From contig CT868013.1 of the NCBI GenBank assembly GCA_000165425.1, positions 248,001 through 274,028 on the forward strand: a stretch of DNA of 26,028 nucleotides. The letters run 5' to 3'. The first letter of the stretch is position 1. The number at the start of each line of letters is the position of its first letter. Both the position numbers and the translations under genes were made by a program. A model generated the notes under the pieces. That model was not told the origin of the DNA. It saw only the letters and a list, made by a program, of their open reading frames with translations, and searched no databases. The stretch comes from Paramecium tetraurelia. Taxonomy: Eukaryota. Of this stretch, positions 1-12,069 are shown piece after piece.

Positions 1-543
1 TTAAAATAAATTTCAAATGATAAATTTACAAATAATAAACGGTGACACAACTGATTATAACCCTTTACCTAGAGATGTTAATAATAAAGTTAATGATGGC
101 GTTATTAGTATTAATCTTTAGTTTGGAAGAGATTAATAACTGTCTATTCTGAAAATCATATAATTAATCATTATAATAGAATAAAGTATTATCATAATTG
201 TATAATGGTTTTAAAACGATTTTTTAAGATCTCTTAAAATACATAAATAAATTAAGCCATATCTACAATTTATAATAGAAAGGAAATGCTTTAATTTATA
301 AATCCAATGTTTGCAAATAATTTGAAAGCTACTATGATAAAAATTAAGAGAATAAACAGTGAACTAAATTAATCTATAGTAAAACCACCCTTAAGTCCAA
401 ATTCTAAAAGAAAAAATAAAATAAATATTTAGAAATTTGACTAACGTTGGAAGTATAACTGGATTAATTAGTATACTATCTAATAATTCTCACATATTAA
501 ATTCTGGTCTGTATATAGAACAGAAGGAAAATTGATTTTCTGA
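1..543 (+). CDS. 3' end of a hypothetical protein (partial)
   Basis: In code 6 the frame starting at 301 is open (NPMFANNLKATMIKIKRINSELNQSIVKPPLSPNSKR...EGKLIF) up to TGA 541-543. No recognisable domain, and the 5' structure was not resolved. Confidence 0.4.
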
Positions 544-1125
544 CAAGATAAGAATATGCACCGAATGCTTTATTATAAAATACTTTTAAACTTTATATAT
601 ATATTGTATACAATTATAAGTTTAAATATATAGAATGTAAAATTAAAAATATTTGTATTGAAATTTCTTTAATTTACTCAAAAACAGCCATAGAATTATT
701 CTAGTTTAAACCATATTTAACCAAAAAATAATTCGATTAAGTAAATTTAAAGAACACATTATAAGAATTTTTGATAAAGAAATTGAATTCTGATCAACTT
801 TAGATAAATTGTATAAAATTGATTATAAAAAAAAAAAGTTTATTATGAATTCTCAAAATAATTTTATTCTTTTAAGGAAGCCTTGAAATTCATATATTAA
901 TTAGACTGATTAGCATGTTATCATAAATTCATATCCATTTATTCTTCTAAACTAAAAGAATTGAAGTAGTCAAAAAAAGTTATGTTTGGTTATATCTCAA
1001 ACATAACCATTTTTGTTAAAAATTCTTTGTGTTATGCTTTTTAGTTAAATTATGGAGTTATATGAATATGTTAAACAATCTGGATTGATTTCCTTTTATA
1101 GTTATTTAATATATTGAATTTATTT

Positions 1126-3027
1126 ATGAATCATCCATTAGTAAATATACCATTAACTTAGGGAATAAAATGTAGAAAATTGTGTCAAGCTATTGATTTA
1201 TATGGGATAAATCCAAATTTATTGATTTTTGGTAATCAAAAATATTCAAGTATACTTGGAAGCCTCCTGACAATAATAGCTTCGACATTGACATTCGGAT
1301 ATTTAGTGTAGTAAGTCTAAGAATTGGTGTACAAGTAACTCCCTTAAACAATATTATCAGAACACTTAGTAACTGAAACTTCTGTACACATTTATAATAT
1401 ATAGCCATTTCCATTGGAAAATCATAATTTTACATTATCAATATCAGTTGCTAATATGGAACAAAATCCATTAAAGACAATTGATAAATACTTTACAATT
1501 AAGGTTGAAAATTGTTAAAGATCAAGGTAACTTAATACAACAACTAATAAAATCGATGTTGTTAATACGTATGCGTAAAGTTATAAATTAGATGTATTAA
1601 TTATCCAACAGAGGCTTGCGCGTCAGATAATTTCGTAACAGATATCTAAAAAGAATATTTCAGTAAAATTCGATTAGGAACGGCTTAGTGCATCAAGAAA
1701 GATATCTTGTAAAGTAAACCACCTGTAATGATATATCATCAAATTAGGTACTATAAGGGATTGTTTCAGGAAATTTATACTCCTACATCACTATTAAGTT
1801 TTCAGCATGTAAGAATAGTACAGAGAAATAGGATTGTGCTTCAAGGGATGAGATTAATAAAGAATTAATTAATGGTTATTATGTTGTTCATATGAGTGAT
1901 TCTCTAATTTAAATGAGTAACCCTGAGAGTATCCAAAAAAACTTCATAAAAATGTAGTATACATAATTTTCAATATCAACCTCCAAAACTATATATCAAG
2001 GATTCAGAATTATCCAATCATTGACTGATGATGGTGTATTAATTAACAATGTTGTAGAAGACTCATTTTTGGTTCAATAGTACTATTAAGAATCAACTGC
2101 AGATTATAATGAAGATTATTTAATCTTACATAGTCTAATACTTGATAATAAATACACCAATTATTAAAGATCATACATTAAGTTACTGACCATCTTAAGT
2201 AAGATTGGAGGATTGTGGTAATTAATATTTATTTTCTTTGGTATTATTTCTAAACCATTTATTTTAACTGAAATGAAAATCAATTTAGCAAATAAATTAT
2301 TTAGATTTCAGTAAGAGGAGAATGATCTAACTTAAAGCATAAAGAGAGATGTGAGTATGAAATCGAATGTAGAAAAATATGTGAGATAACCATAACATAA
2401 ATTGTCAAGTTCAATATCAAGTATTATACAATTTTTATTTGGGTGCAACAAGGCAAGAATAAAATAATTGGATTAAGCAAATCTGAAAATCCAAGAAAAT
2501 TTAGATGTGGTTGAAATAATGAAAAAATTTTAGGAATTTGACAATCTGAAATCGATAATTTTGACAACTAATTAGAGAGTCTTATTTGATATTATTCCAA
2601 TTCCATTAATAACGAATATATAAAATAAAATTGAAACAGATTCATAATCAAGTAATTTAATTATTTTAGTAAAGGTTAGCGTCAGTCCAAAGATAATTTT
2701 GAAAGATTTATTGAGGCTTATAAATCATTTTGTTAAATTCGTGATATGTCTGATACAATTGAAAATATTGGATAAAAAATAATTACCCATTTGGATTAGG
2801 ATATGATTAAACTGTTTTATGAATATCATTTGGACTCAGAATAGAAATAGGTTCTATAATTATTATCTGAAGAGAGGAAATCTAAAATTTTAGATAGAAA
2901 CTATCTAGATTCTGAATCAAAAATAAGTTTATCTCCATGTAATTCAAATCATTAAGAAGTCCAAGCCGTAAAGATATTTCTTAATAACTAACAAATTAAA
3001 AGAAAATTAGGAAGTTTATAGATGTGA
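1126..3027 (+). CDS. Ciliate-type membrane protein with two TM segments and a large intervening loop
   Basis: ATG 1126; AIDLYGINPNLLIFGNQKYSSILGSLLTIIASTLTFGYLV (TM1); ILSKIGGLWQLIFIFFGIISKPF near 2190-2260 (TM2); cytosolic ENLDVVEIMKKFQEFDNLKSIILTTNQRVLFDIIPIPLI; TGA 3025-3027. Candidate introns at 1141-1161 and 1384-1404, with others not mapped. Confidence 0.75.
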
Positions 3028-3404
3028 TAAATTCATTCTTTAATCACTATTTTTTTCAATTTTTACCCTAAATTTATATTTTCTTTCTAAATACCTCATT
3101 TTTCTATTCATTTATTTTAATTGGAAGATATTAATTTAAAATAGTCACAATAATATTAAGGTTTGATAATTAATATATAAATAGAAATGAATACATATAC
3201 AATTTCATTCTGAGTAAAATTTAGTTGAAAAATAAATAAATAAAGAAAAGGAAAGTATAAATTATTTGAAATGTGGATTGTATAATCACATAGACTAATC
3301 AAATACGTAATGAGTATTCATAAATTATTTATATAGGAGTTGTAGAATTGTGGTTGAAATAAAATTAAATGAAATAAAATAATAAATTATATATAATATA
3401 TAAA

Positions 3405-3737
3405 ATGTCTTTCAAATTCATATTGAGTAATAAGAGTCAATATTCAAAGGATCGCAATGTTAATATAGATTATAGTCCTGTTTTTAATATGTAAAACTAA
3501 TAAATATTGATTTAGTTAGTTGTAATAAAAATTGAATATTTTTCCAATTTTTAATGAAGATCATTAAGCTACAACTCCTGGATTTATCATTGAATATGAG
3601 AAAGTATGAATTGTTCATATATAAATTTAGCCTGCGTATGAAAGCAATTTAAACTATCATTAACAATTATTTAATCAAAAAATTGAATAATTATAAATAA
3701 AAAATAAATAATTGGTACCATTATCTATGAGTATCTT
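3405..3737 (+). CDS. Hypothetical protein, 5' part (runs into N gap)
   Basis: ATG 3405 MSFKFILSNKSQYSKDRNVNIDYSPVFN. The frame is maintained by GT-AG introns 3491-3515 (25 nt) and 3604-3630 (27 nt). Confidence 0.5.
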
Positions 3738-4388
3738 NNNNNNNNNNNNNNNNNNNNNNNNNNNNNNNNNNNNNNNNNNNNNNNNNNNNNNNNNNNNNNN
3801 NNNNNNNNNNNNNNNNNNNNNNNNNNNNNNNNNNNNNNNNNNNNNNNNNNNNNNNNNNNNNNNNNNNNNNNNNNNNNNNNNNNNNNNNNNNNNNNNNNNN
3901 NNNNNNNNNNNNNNNNNNNNNNNNNNNNNNNNNNNNNNNNNNNNNNNNNNNNNNNNNNNNNNNNNNNNNNNNNNNNNNNNNNNNNNNNNNNNNNNNNNNN
4001 NNNNNNNNNNNNNNNNNNNNNNNNNNNNNNNNNNNNNNNNNNNNNNNNNNNNNNNNNNNNNNNNNNNNNNNNNNNNNNNNNNNNNNNNNNNNNNNNNNNN
4101 NNNNNNNNNNNNNNNNNNNNNNNNNNNNNNNNNNNNNNNNNNNNNNNNNNNNNNNNNNNNNNNNNNNNNNNNNNNNNNNNNNNNNNNNNNNNNNNNNNNN
4201 NNNNNNNNNNNNNNNNNNNNNNNNNNNNNNNNNNNNNNNNNNNNNNNNNNNNNNNNNNNNNNNNNNNNNNNNNNNNNNNNNNNNNNNNNNNNNNNNNNNN
4301 NNNNNNNNNNNNNNNNNNNNNNNNNNNNNNNNNNNNNNNNNNNNNNNNNNNNNNNNNNNNNNNNNNNNNNNNNNNNNNNNNNNNNNNN
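3738..4388. other. Assembly gap (N run)
   Basis: Run of n bases. Confidence 0.99.
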
Positions 4389-4395
4389 AGTACAA

Positions 4396-5357
4396 TCAAG
4401 ATAAAAAATAAGGATGTTTCAAAACTTCACTGCAATTAATTCTTTTTGAAGAGACTAAATATATATGTGTTAGACAATAAATGAATTAATAAGGGATCAG
4501 TTTTCTAATTCAAAACAAAATTAATAAATATCATACTTAGTTTCTTCCCTTATAAATGTGGTATATAAGGTTAGCATCCCAATTCTGCCTTCTCTAATTC
4601 ATTAGGAGTACCCAACAATTTACATATTTCTACTATCTAATCAACAGTATTATGTCCAAAAAACAATTGTTTACCCAATTCCAAATGAGCCAAAATACAA
4701 CCAGCTGCCCATATATTGATTTTCGTATTATAAAATATCTATCCAAATAATAATTCTGGTGCCCGATAAGCTCTAGAACATACGTAACTCAAACTCTTTG
4801 ATCCATCGATTTTTTTTGAACTTCCGAAATCAGCTAGATAGATGTTACCACTTTAATACAAAATGTTGACTGGCTTAAGATCTCTATGCATTACCTCTTA
4901 TTCCTCCAAATATTCCAACGCTTAAAATATTTATTTGGCTACTCTTTTTAATGGGACTCTTATTGCATTTTTTAGATTTCCTTGATATAAATCCATAACT
5001 AAATGCAAATATTTGACTTTATTTTCAACAGTATAATAATAATCTCTTAGAGGTGCTATATGAGGGTGATGCATATTCAGATGTATTTCCAATTCCCTAT
5101 TGATTTATTTTGGATCTTGGAGTACTTTCTTTATTGCATAATAACCACCATGCAGCTTATTTTCAACAATGAAAATAGTGCTATAACTACCTTATCCAAT
5201 TTAGTCCAATATTTAATATTTTATGTTGTATTAATGTTCTATTGATTCAGAGACAAGTATTTAGGAATCTGATTCTCTCTTGAGATGTCGATAATTAATT
5301 AATGTTTCTCACTTGGGGTTACCTTCTTTTTTTTGATTTAATTTAATTCAATTACAT
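4396..5357 (-). CDS. GSK3/shaggy-like CMGC Ser/Thr protein kinase
   Basis: GQGSYS G-loop, [68 protein letters not shown], then TGA at 4398-4396. The start is uncertain: ATG 5357 joins the kinase frame only through a 34-nt intron (5312-5279) or a frameshift. Confidence 0.9.
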
Positions 5358-5486
5358 ATATTTTTATTTAATATATCAATATAATTCAATTATTTTTCAC
5401 AGTTATTCTACTTACTTATTATTTGCTGATTATGTACTTTTTATCGAATAATTATAAACCTTCGAATTGAATATAATTTATATCAA

Positions 5487-7085
5487 TGAGAATTATGATT
5501 TTAGAGATCTAGGATTACTTTACAAGCATGATTTTAATATGATTAAAATTAGAAGAGCTTAAACTCAATTTCTATCTGTTAAATAATGTAATATAAATGT
5601 AGATATTTCTCATTTTATTAATTTTTTTAGATCCCTCTCAAATTTAGATGTTTCAAAAAATATTATTTTTAGCATTAGATGCATCTAAAAGATTGCTAAA
5701 ATAGCAGTGTTTATTTATATTCCAAATCTGGTTTTATAATTATAAAATGATAATTCCTTTTCCAAATTTCGCATTTTAATTATCGTCTAATTTATAACAA
5801 TTAACTCTTATCAAACTCATTTTGAGTATTTACCTGCTCTAATTTATGGCTCTTTTTTTGCTATAAGATGTTTAATTCTGTTGGAACCATTAATCCATAT
5901 TTATAAAAATTAAATTCTACTTTATTATTCATTAAAATGAATTGTAATTAAATTTTTATTGATTAACTGAGATGTCCTGATTTTTAATCAAAGAATAAAC
6001 ATGCTTCACTTAAACGCCCTCCAAAATACTCATAGAGTTTCATAATGAATTAATTAATTCATAAACCAAGAATTATAAGGAATTAATATAGTGTACAGAA
6101 ATATTCATCATCAACTGATGTTCTTTGCTAATCTTTCGAATAACCATAAGTTTTGAATTTAACAATATCATAATTAAGGGATAGGAAAATTTTAAACAAG
6201 TCAAAGAAGACAGGTTTATGTTCAAAATCTAAAAGTAAGGAGAAATATCAACAATTGTCTAGTTAATATCACGAAAGGAAACGATCAAACACCTACCATA
6301 TCAATTCTCTTGCTAAAACAGCGTTGCTATTTGTAAATCGTTAAGATAAGAGAATGAAAACAATTGAAAACTCGGATAATCTTTTTGACCTTAAATACTT
6401 GGAATTATTGCGAAGTACTTAATAGAGTGGCAAGCATAATCCTTTAAATACAATTACAACTTTACCAAATTACAATTATGAATCGACTTTGATTTCTTGT
6501 GTGTCTTAACCAAGCACCTCTTTGTCAAATTAAATCAATTTGGTTAAAGAATATGTTTCTGAAATTAATCAGTACAATGTTAAATGGTAGGAATCTGAGA
6601 AAATAACAAAGAACATCCCAAAATTATTATTAGAAAAATATGCTACTTCAGATGACACGTCATTATATTTAGAATCCTCAAGATTTAAAATCGAGAGGAA
6701 CTTTAATCAAATTTATAAATCAGGTAAGTTTCGATGGCTATATCCTGGTGAAGAAGCAGCCATTTTAGAAGGCATTGAATCATTTCTAAATGAATGTTCT
6801 AAAAAGATATCCTTATTGATGATGAGCATATAGAAGATTTTAAAATTGATTATTACTTAAAAGAGGTTAGAATATTTATTTAACTATCCTATCTGCATGA
6901 AGTAAATTGAAGCTCATTGGAAGATTATGGCTACACTATTTAAATTGAAACAGCAAAATCATATATACAAAAATTAAGTAACAAATAAGTTATGGAAAGA
7001 CATTCAAGCATCAAAAACATTATTTTTAGATTTAAATCTAGAGAATAATAAATTGGCTCTTTTTGTCAAGCAATTATAGCATTGA
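5487..7085 (+). CDS. Hypothetical protein (start uncertain; weak LRR-like segment at the N-terminus)
   Basis: Long code-6 reading (SLSNLDVSKNIIFSIRCI...SGKFRWLYPGEEAAILEGIESFLNECSKK...ALFVKQLQH) ending at TGA 7083-7085. The 5' boundary was not resolved. Confidence 0.55.
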
Positions 7086-7149
7086 ATTTTAAAGGATTTT
7101 TCAATATTTTATTTTTCATCAAAATTATAAAAAAAAAATACGACTTAAT

Positions 7150-9350
7150 TCATAAAAACAAATTAGCTAAAAGTAATCTCTTTTTTCCTCTCCTCATAAC
7201 TTTTGTTGCATCTCTTCTCGAAACCAATTAGTATTCTTCTGGAATCTAAAACAATGACTTTATTTAGTTATCTTCCATATCTAATTATTTGTATGCTTAA
7301 AATGTCACTACAGCATCAATAGTAAAGTTGATAGGAATTTCAATTCTAATTGGAAATCCTTTATCGTTAAGTAATTACTTAACACTCTCATTTGATAAAA
7401 CTGTTTTTAAAGATTACATAAACTCATTCCCATTTGATAGCATTTTTATAATAGGAAGAAACTGCTAAAAATTTAATGGAAATGCTTGACTAATATAAAG
7501 TTAGCAAGATTCTGATGATTCTATATATTTAATAAATATTTTACTTTTTTGATTCTCATTTTTTATATTGCCTTGTATTTTTTTCTTTATTTATTCATTT
7601 TCTTACTTAAAAGAAGGTGAATTAACAAATAATTAATCTCCTACTATTTGACTTGTAATTTATTCCAAATTAAATCTTGCACTTGTAGGATTCTAATCCA
7701 TAGATTAATTTAAATATTAATCTAAACTCATATAATAATGTTGTTGATGCTTCTTATTGAAATGTTATGATGTTTGTATTCGAAATTCGTATTTCTAACA
7801 GATCCAATTATGTATTTTTTAGCTCACGTAATTTCCAAAGAAATTCTTGCTTTTAATTAATTCACATCCAATAACCTTCATATCTCCACTTACACTTTCA
7901 CAATTTACCAAGTCCTTCAAAATTTGATTCTTTTCTTCAGGATCTATTTCTTGCTAATTTAATTTTATAATCTTACAATAGGATAATAGTATATCTTTTT
8001 CGCTCTATTTAAAATAGTGACAAATTTACAATTCGAACTATTTTCCTTTTTCTAAACTGATCCCATTAATGGATTATAAATTACTGTGAGATCTCTTCTT
8101 TTAGTTTTATAATTCTTCGTCCCTGCAAAAGTAGAGTCCAATCTCAAAGATGAACCTTCATTAATAAACATATTACCTCTCTTATAGATTTTGTAAGTAT
8201 CATTGGGAGTGAACTTGGAGATGAAAGGAATAAAGCTAGATTTGAATTCCCACTTCATTTCGAGATAGAAATCATTGATTTTTAATAGTTCTTAATCAAT
8301 TTAATTGCGTTCCGATTACATGTCAAATAATTTTTTGGAAACTAAGTAATCAAACAATAATGATGTAGTCAATAAGTCATTTTGAGCAACAGTTTCTTCT
8401 ATTGGACTCCACCCATCAGTATCTTTAATAGAAGGGTCAGAACCATTTGATAATAATAATCGAATAGTTGAAAATTGGTTCTATTGTTACTACAATTTTA
8501 CAGCTAATAGCAGTGGTGTATTTCCATTGATATCTTTCATATTCAATATATCAGTTCTATACTCTTTTTACAATAGCAATACAATTTTAGTCAATAATTA
8601 AATGTTTCTATTAAAAACAGCTTCAATTATTTAATTTAAAAGGTCTTTTTCATTTAGTTTAATTGAGGGTTGTTGAGCAAATGAATCATTACATGGAACA
8701 TCAATAGTAAATTGACTATTATTTAATGATTATTGGCATGATCTATTATTTACAAAATTAGAACTGCTATTATTATTGATGCTAGTTTAATGAACATTTG
8801 TTAAAAGGAACATTAATGGAGAATTCACTTATTTAAAGGATTGATCGAAAGAATGGTCACCAACTTCTTTAGTCCTTTTTATAAAACTTAGTGTATTATG
8901 ATTGCTTTCGGAAATAGGAGATGATTATCTTTGAATAGAAGGAGATTTATTTAACTTAATGGATTAATCATCTTTGTTTATTTAGATTCTGCTAATTTAT
9001 TTTCCTTGCCAAAACTTTTTAGATTTTATTTCATTAAACATTTTAATTTTTTCATTAAAGAAACTATTCTTATATTAGCATAGAATGTTTGATTTTTTGT
9101 TCTCATCTGATATATCAAATTCTGATAGTTATATTTCAGAAGAATCATCGCAAGATGATTCAGAACTTGATTCCTCTCTTCTTTTATTGATTTTAAAACA
9201 AGTCTGTGATTTACGAGAACTAGTTCCACTAATACTCCTGAGACAAACCGTCTTATGCTTAAATTTCAGTGGTAGATCATGTAATTTATCTAATTTCTCT
9301 TTTATAGAATCTTAATAAGCCTCTTCATCGCTGTATTCGAAAGTTTACAT
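7150..9350 (-). CDS. ANKRD13-family protein (ankyrin repeats plus GPCR-chaperone-type domain)
   Basis: ATG 9350; ankyrin motifs KDINGNTPLLLAVKL and DPSIKDTDGWSPIEETV; DFYLEMKWEFKSSFIPFISKFTPNDTYKIYKRG|SSLRLDSTFAG (intron 8176-8156); FPLNFQQFLPII; GFPIRIEIPINFTIDAVVTF; TGA 7152-7150. Confidence 0.85.
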
Positions 9351-9449
9351 CTGATATATTAATATTTTTAATACTCATAATTTATAATAACAAACATGAA
9401 ATCTAATCATAATTGACATTCAACTAGTATAATAATTCTCAAAAATCGT

Positions 9450-10143
9450 ATGAATTAAACTCCGTAACGATTAGCACTTAATGCAACCAACTTCTCAAGC
9501 TATGTTTCATAATTTTTAAGCACTTCCAAAGGTAGAGATAAATTTATGGCAATATTATAATATTCATTTGATTTTTATCATAGTTGCACAAAACATTCAA
9601 ATTTACTCTATGATCAATAATTAGGTTCATAAAATTAATTCAAATGTCATGTAGTAGTTGAAAAATTCAAATATGTATTATACATTTTTCATATATAGAG
9701 TATTTCCTAAAGCCGCAAAATATTCACTCTACATTTAAATATACTATGTAAGTGATAACTTTTTGTGGATTATTTTAATTTTAGCGTAAAGGTATAATAT
9801 ATTTATGTTAGAATCTTAGCAAAATATTGGAAAAAGAAATAGAAGCAAGATGGAAGTAAAGGAAAAATTCTTTTTCCTAAATGAGAATAATAATCAATAT
9901 GTTGAGATTAATCATATTTATAATTTTAGAGTCAAGTAATTATTGACTAAAATTGATAATTAGTAAAGAGAATAGGGTTTTGTTGAATATGACAAAAATA
10001 CTGACTTAAGATACATCAAAAAGATATAACAAACATCGATTAAACTGAAAATGAAGAGGAGGTTTGAAATTCTGGATTTAATTTTATCGGTTCTAAGATT
10101 CTTCATGCTGACTAAATCTTTAAAAATAACAGAGTATCAATGA
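9450..10143 (+). pseudogene. PEX11-like peroxisomal membrane protein, disrupted
   Basis: ATG 9450; FLSTSKGRDKFMAILQY (PEX11 N-terminal GRDK motif); SISQSRKIF followed by TGA 9753-9755. YYVSDNFLW resumes in another frame, then EARWKQRKNSFS and RRFEILDLILSVLRFFMLTKSLKI, with TGA 10141-10143 before any final TM helix. Confidence 0.6.
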
Positions 10144-10266
10144 GAAAAAGATTGTTATTTAAATTGACAATTCTTCAAAGTTGGAGATTTAGATAAATTT
10201 GAAATTAAAGAAAGGATTTGCATCATCTGGTAAAATGGATGATTCGATTATTTAAATTATATTATA

Positions 10267-11102
10267 TCATGGTTTTGGTTGATGGAAATTAGTTTTGCAT
10301 CCTTCACTACATCTAATGCACTTATTACAGCAAGTATAGTAATCATCTGCTCCACATTTTTTACAAGAATAAAATTTTAATTTGCCGCTGTGAAATAAAC
10401 AAGAATCCTAAATATTAGAATAAGGTTATACTATATAATTCGTTCTGGGGTTATATAATAGATGACATTATTAGCACTCCTTTTTCGAACATTTTTGTAA
10501 TTGCAATTCAGCATATTTAGAAATTGATTTTAAAATTTATGAGATGAGTAAGTTTTTTTGATTTCCAAGCTCTTCTTTTTATTTATGCAAGTCTTTTAAT
10601 AATTAAGGGTCATTTTATTCTATTTTTGGTGATACTTCTTCATCAAATTGCATTAATGAATTTTGGGTATCCATTCCTTGATTATGAATTATATTTGTAT
10701 GAGATGGTTGTTTTTAATCTTAATGCAGAAACTCATATAAATAATTTACGGCATTAGGAACCAACTACTTTTATTACTCAAATACAGAACTAGTAAATAT
10801 CTGTTCTCTTTCTTAATCAATCAATAATTATTGCTGCTTTAAGTATTCCATTCTTGTTATTTATTTTTCATATTGCTATTTAGTTTGTAATAACTTCTGC
10901 TCCTCTTCTTTCTCGTTTTAAACATATTCATCCAGTTTCTTTTATAATACATCATTCTCTTTAACCAGTGATTCTATTTAAAATCAATTAAAGTACGAAT
11001 TGTAGTATTGTAACTTTAAACTATTAGTTGAGCATCCTATTCACTCATCATTGGATTATCAGATAAGACACTGCTGGTAAATGAGTTTGTCTCCTCTTGC
11101 AT
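10267..11102 (-). CDS. Coiled-coil protein with a C-terminal CHORD-like Cys/His zinc-binding domain
   Basis: ATG 11102 MQEETNSFTSS; Q/E/K-rich heptads; C-terminus ECQQCHLLYNPRTNYI|DSCLFHSGKLKFYSCKKCGADDYYTCCNKCIRCSEGCKTNFHQPKP*. Introns near 10995-10975 and at 10431-10408. Confidence 0.75.
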
Positions 11103-11155
11103 TATTTTAAAATAATTTAATTATTTTGTCAATAATAATTGATACACGTATAAAT

Positions 11156-12034
11156 ATGTTTAAGATTTTGGCCTTACTCTTAGTTGTTAAACTCTATGCA
11201 ACCGATCTAAACACATAGAATGCTGAAGCTGAAGCTTAATAATAATCACAGCAATCAGGATAAGAAATTGAAACAGAAGGACAGAAGTACATCAATCTAT
11301 TAACAAAATAGAGTAATTGCAAAATTAACTGCTTGTTGGGTCTTATCAGTTTAGGAATTATCAGAAGAGTAAAAATAGGTGAATGAAATTATAAAGAGTT
11401 AATCTAATTAAAACAGAGAGTCCATCTTTTATAAAATATAGACAACAATGTTGGAGGATTGTTATTCGAGGGCTCCAGAGGAAGAATTGAATAATGTGAT
11501 GAAATCCATTTAGGAAGATAAAAAGAATTACAAATCATTCAAATAATAATTACCTGATTTTAGTTTTGATGTTTTTAATAGTTCTTCATTTGATTGGACT
11601 TTTACCAAAAATGATGAAACTTTGATTAAATATATTAGGGTATAAAAGATTTATATTATCTCTTAGAGATTTGAGGAATGGGTTGCTTCAAAGAACACTG
11701 TTACAAACACAGTTCAATAGCCAAATTAGCAAAAAAGAGTTTTCGATGAGTTAAAGAAGAAAATTTCAGAATTGAGTAAAAAGAGCTAAGCCAAGGAATT
11801 AGAAACTGATAATAAAGATTAAATGGATAGATATCAATTTTATCTCTCAAAATAATAGGGAATGAGAGATCCAATTAATTATCTATTTGCAGGAATTGCT
11901 ATTTTTTGTTTCTGTTTAGTATTTTATATAGGTATTATACATTAATTATTTTAGTTTATTCCAAAGTAAATTAATCTAACTAAGATCCAAGATTAGATAA
12001 AAAGAATAAGAAATAAAAATAAAAAAAAGAGTGA
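11156..12034 (+). CDS. Type I membrane protein (signal peptide, C-terminal TM, basic tail with KxKxx-like end)
   Basis: MFKILALLLVVKLYA signal peptide; luminal domain with two Cys (LTACW, LEDCY); TM YLFAGIAIFCFCLVFYI; tail DKKNKKQKQKKE*, TGA 12032-12034. Short introns near 11286, 11640 and 11932. Confidence 0.7.
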
Positions 12035-12069
12035 TTACATATCTGCATTTTTATTAATATTTTATTTAA

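Noticed and set aside
3712..4404. Long ORFs in the supplied track (also 18791-19000 and 22264-22518)
   Set aside because: Artefacts of N runs.
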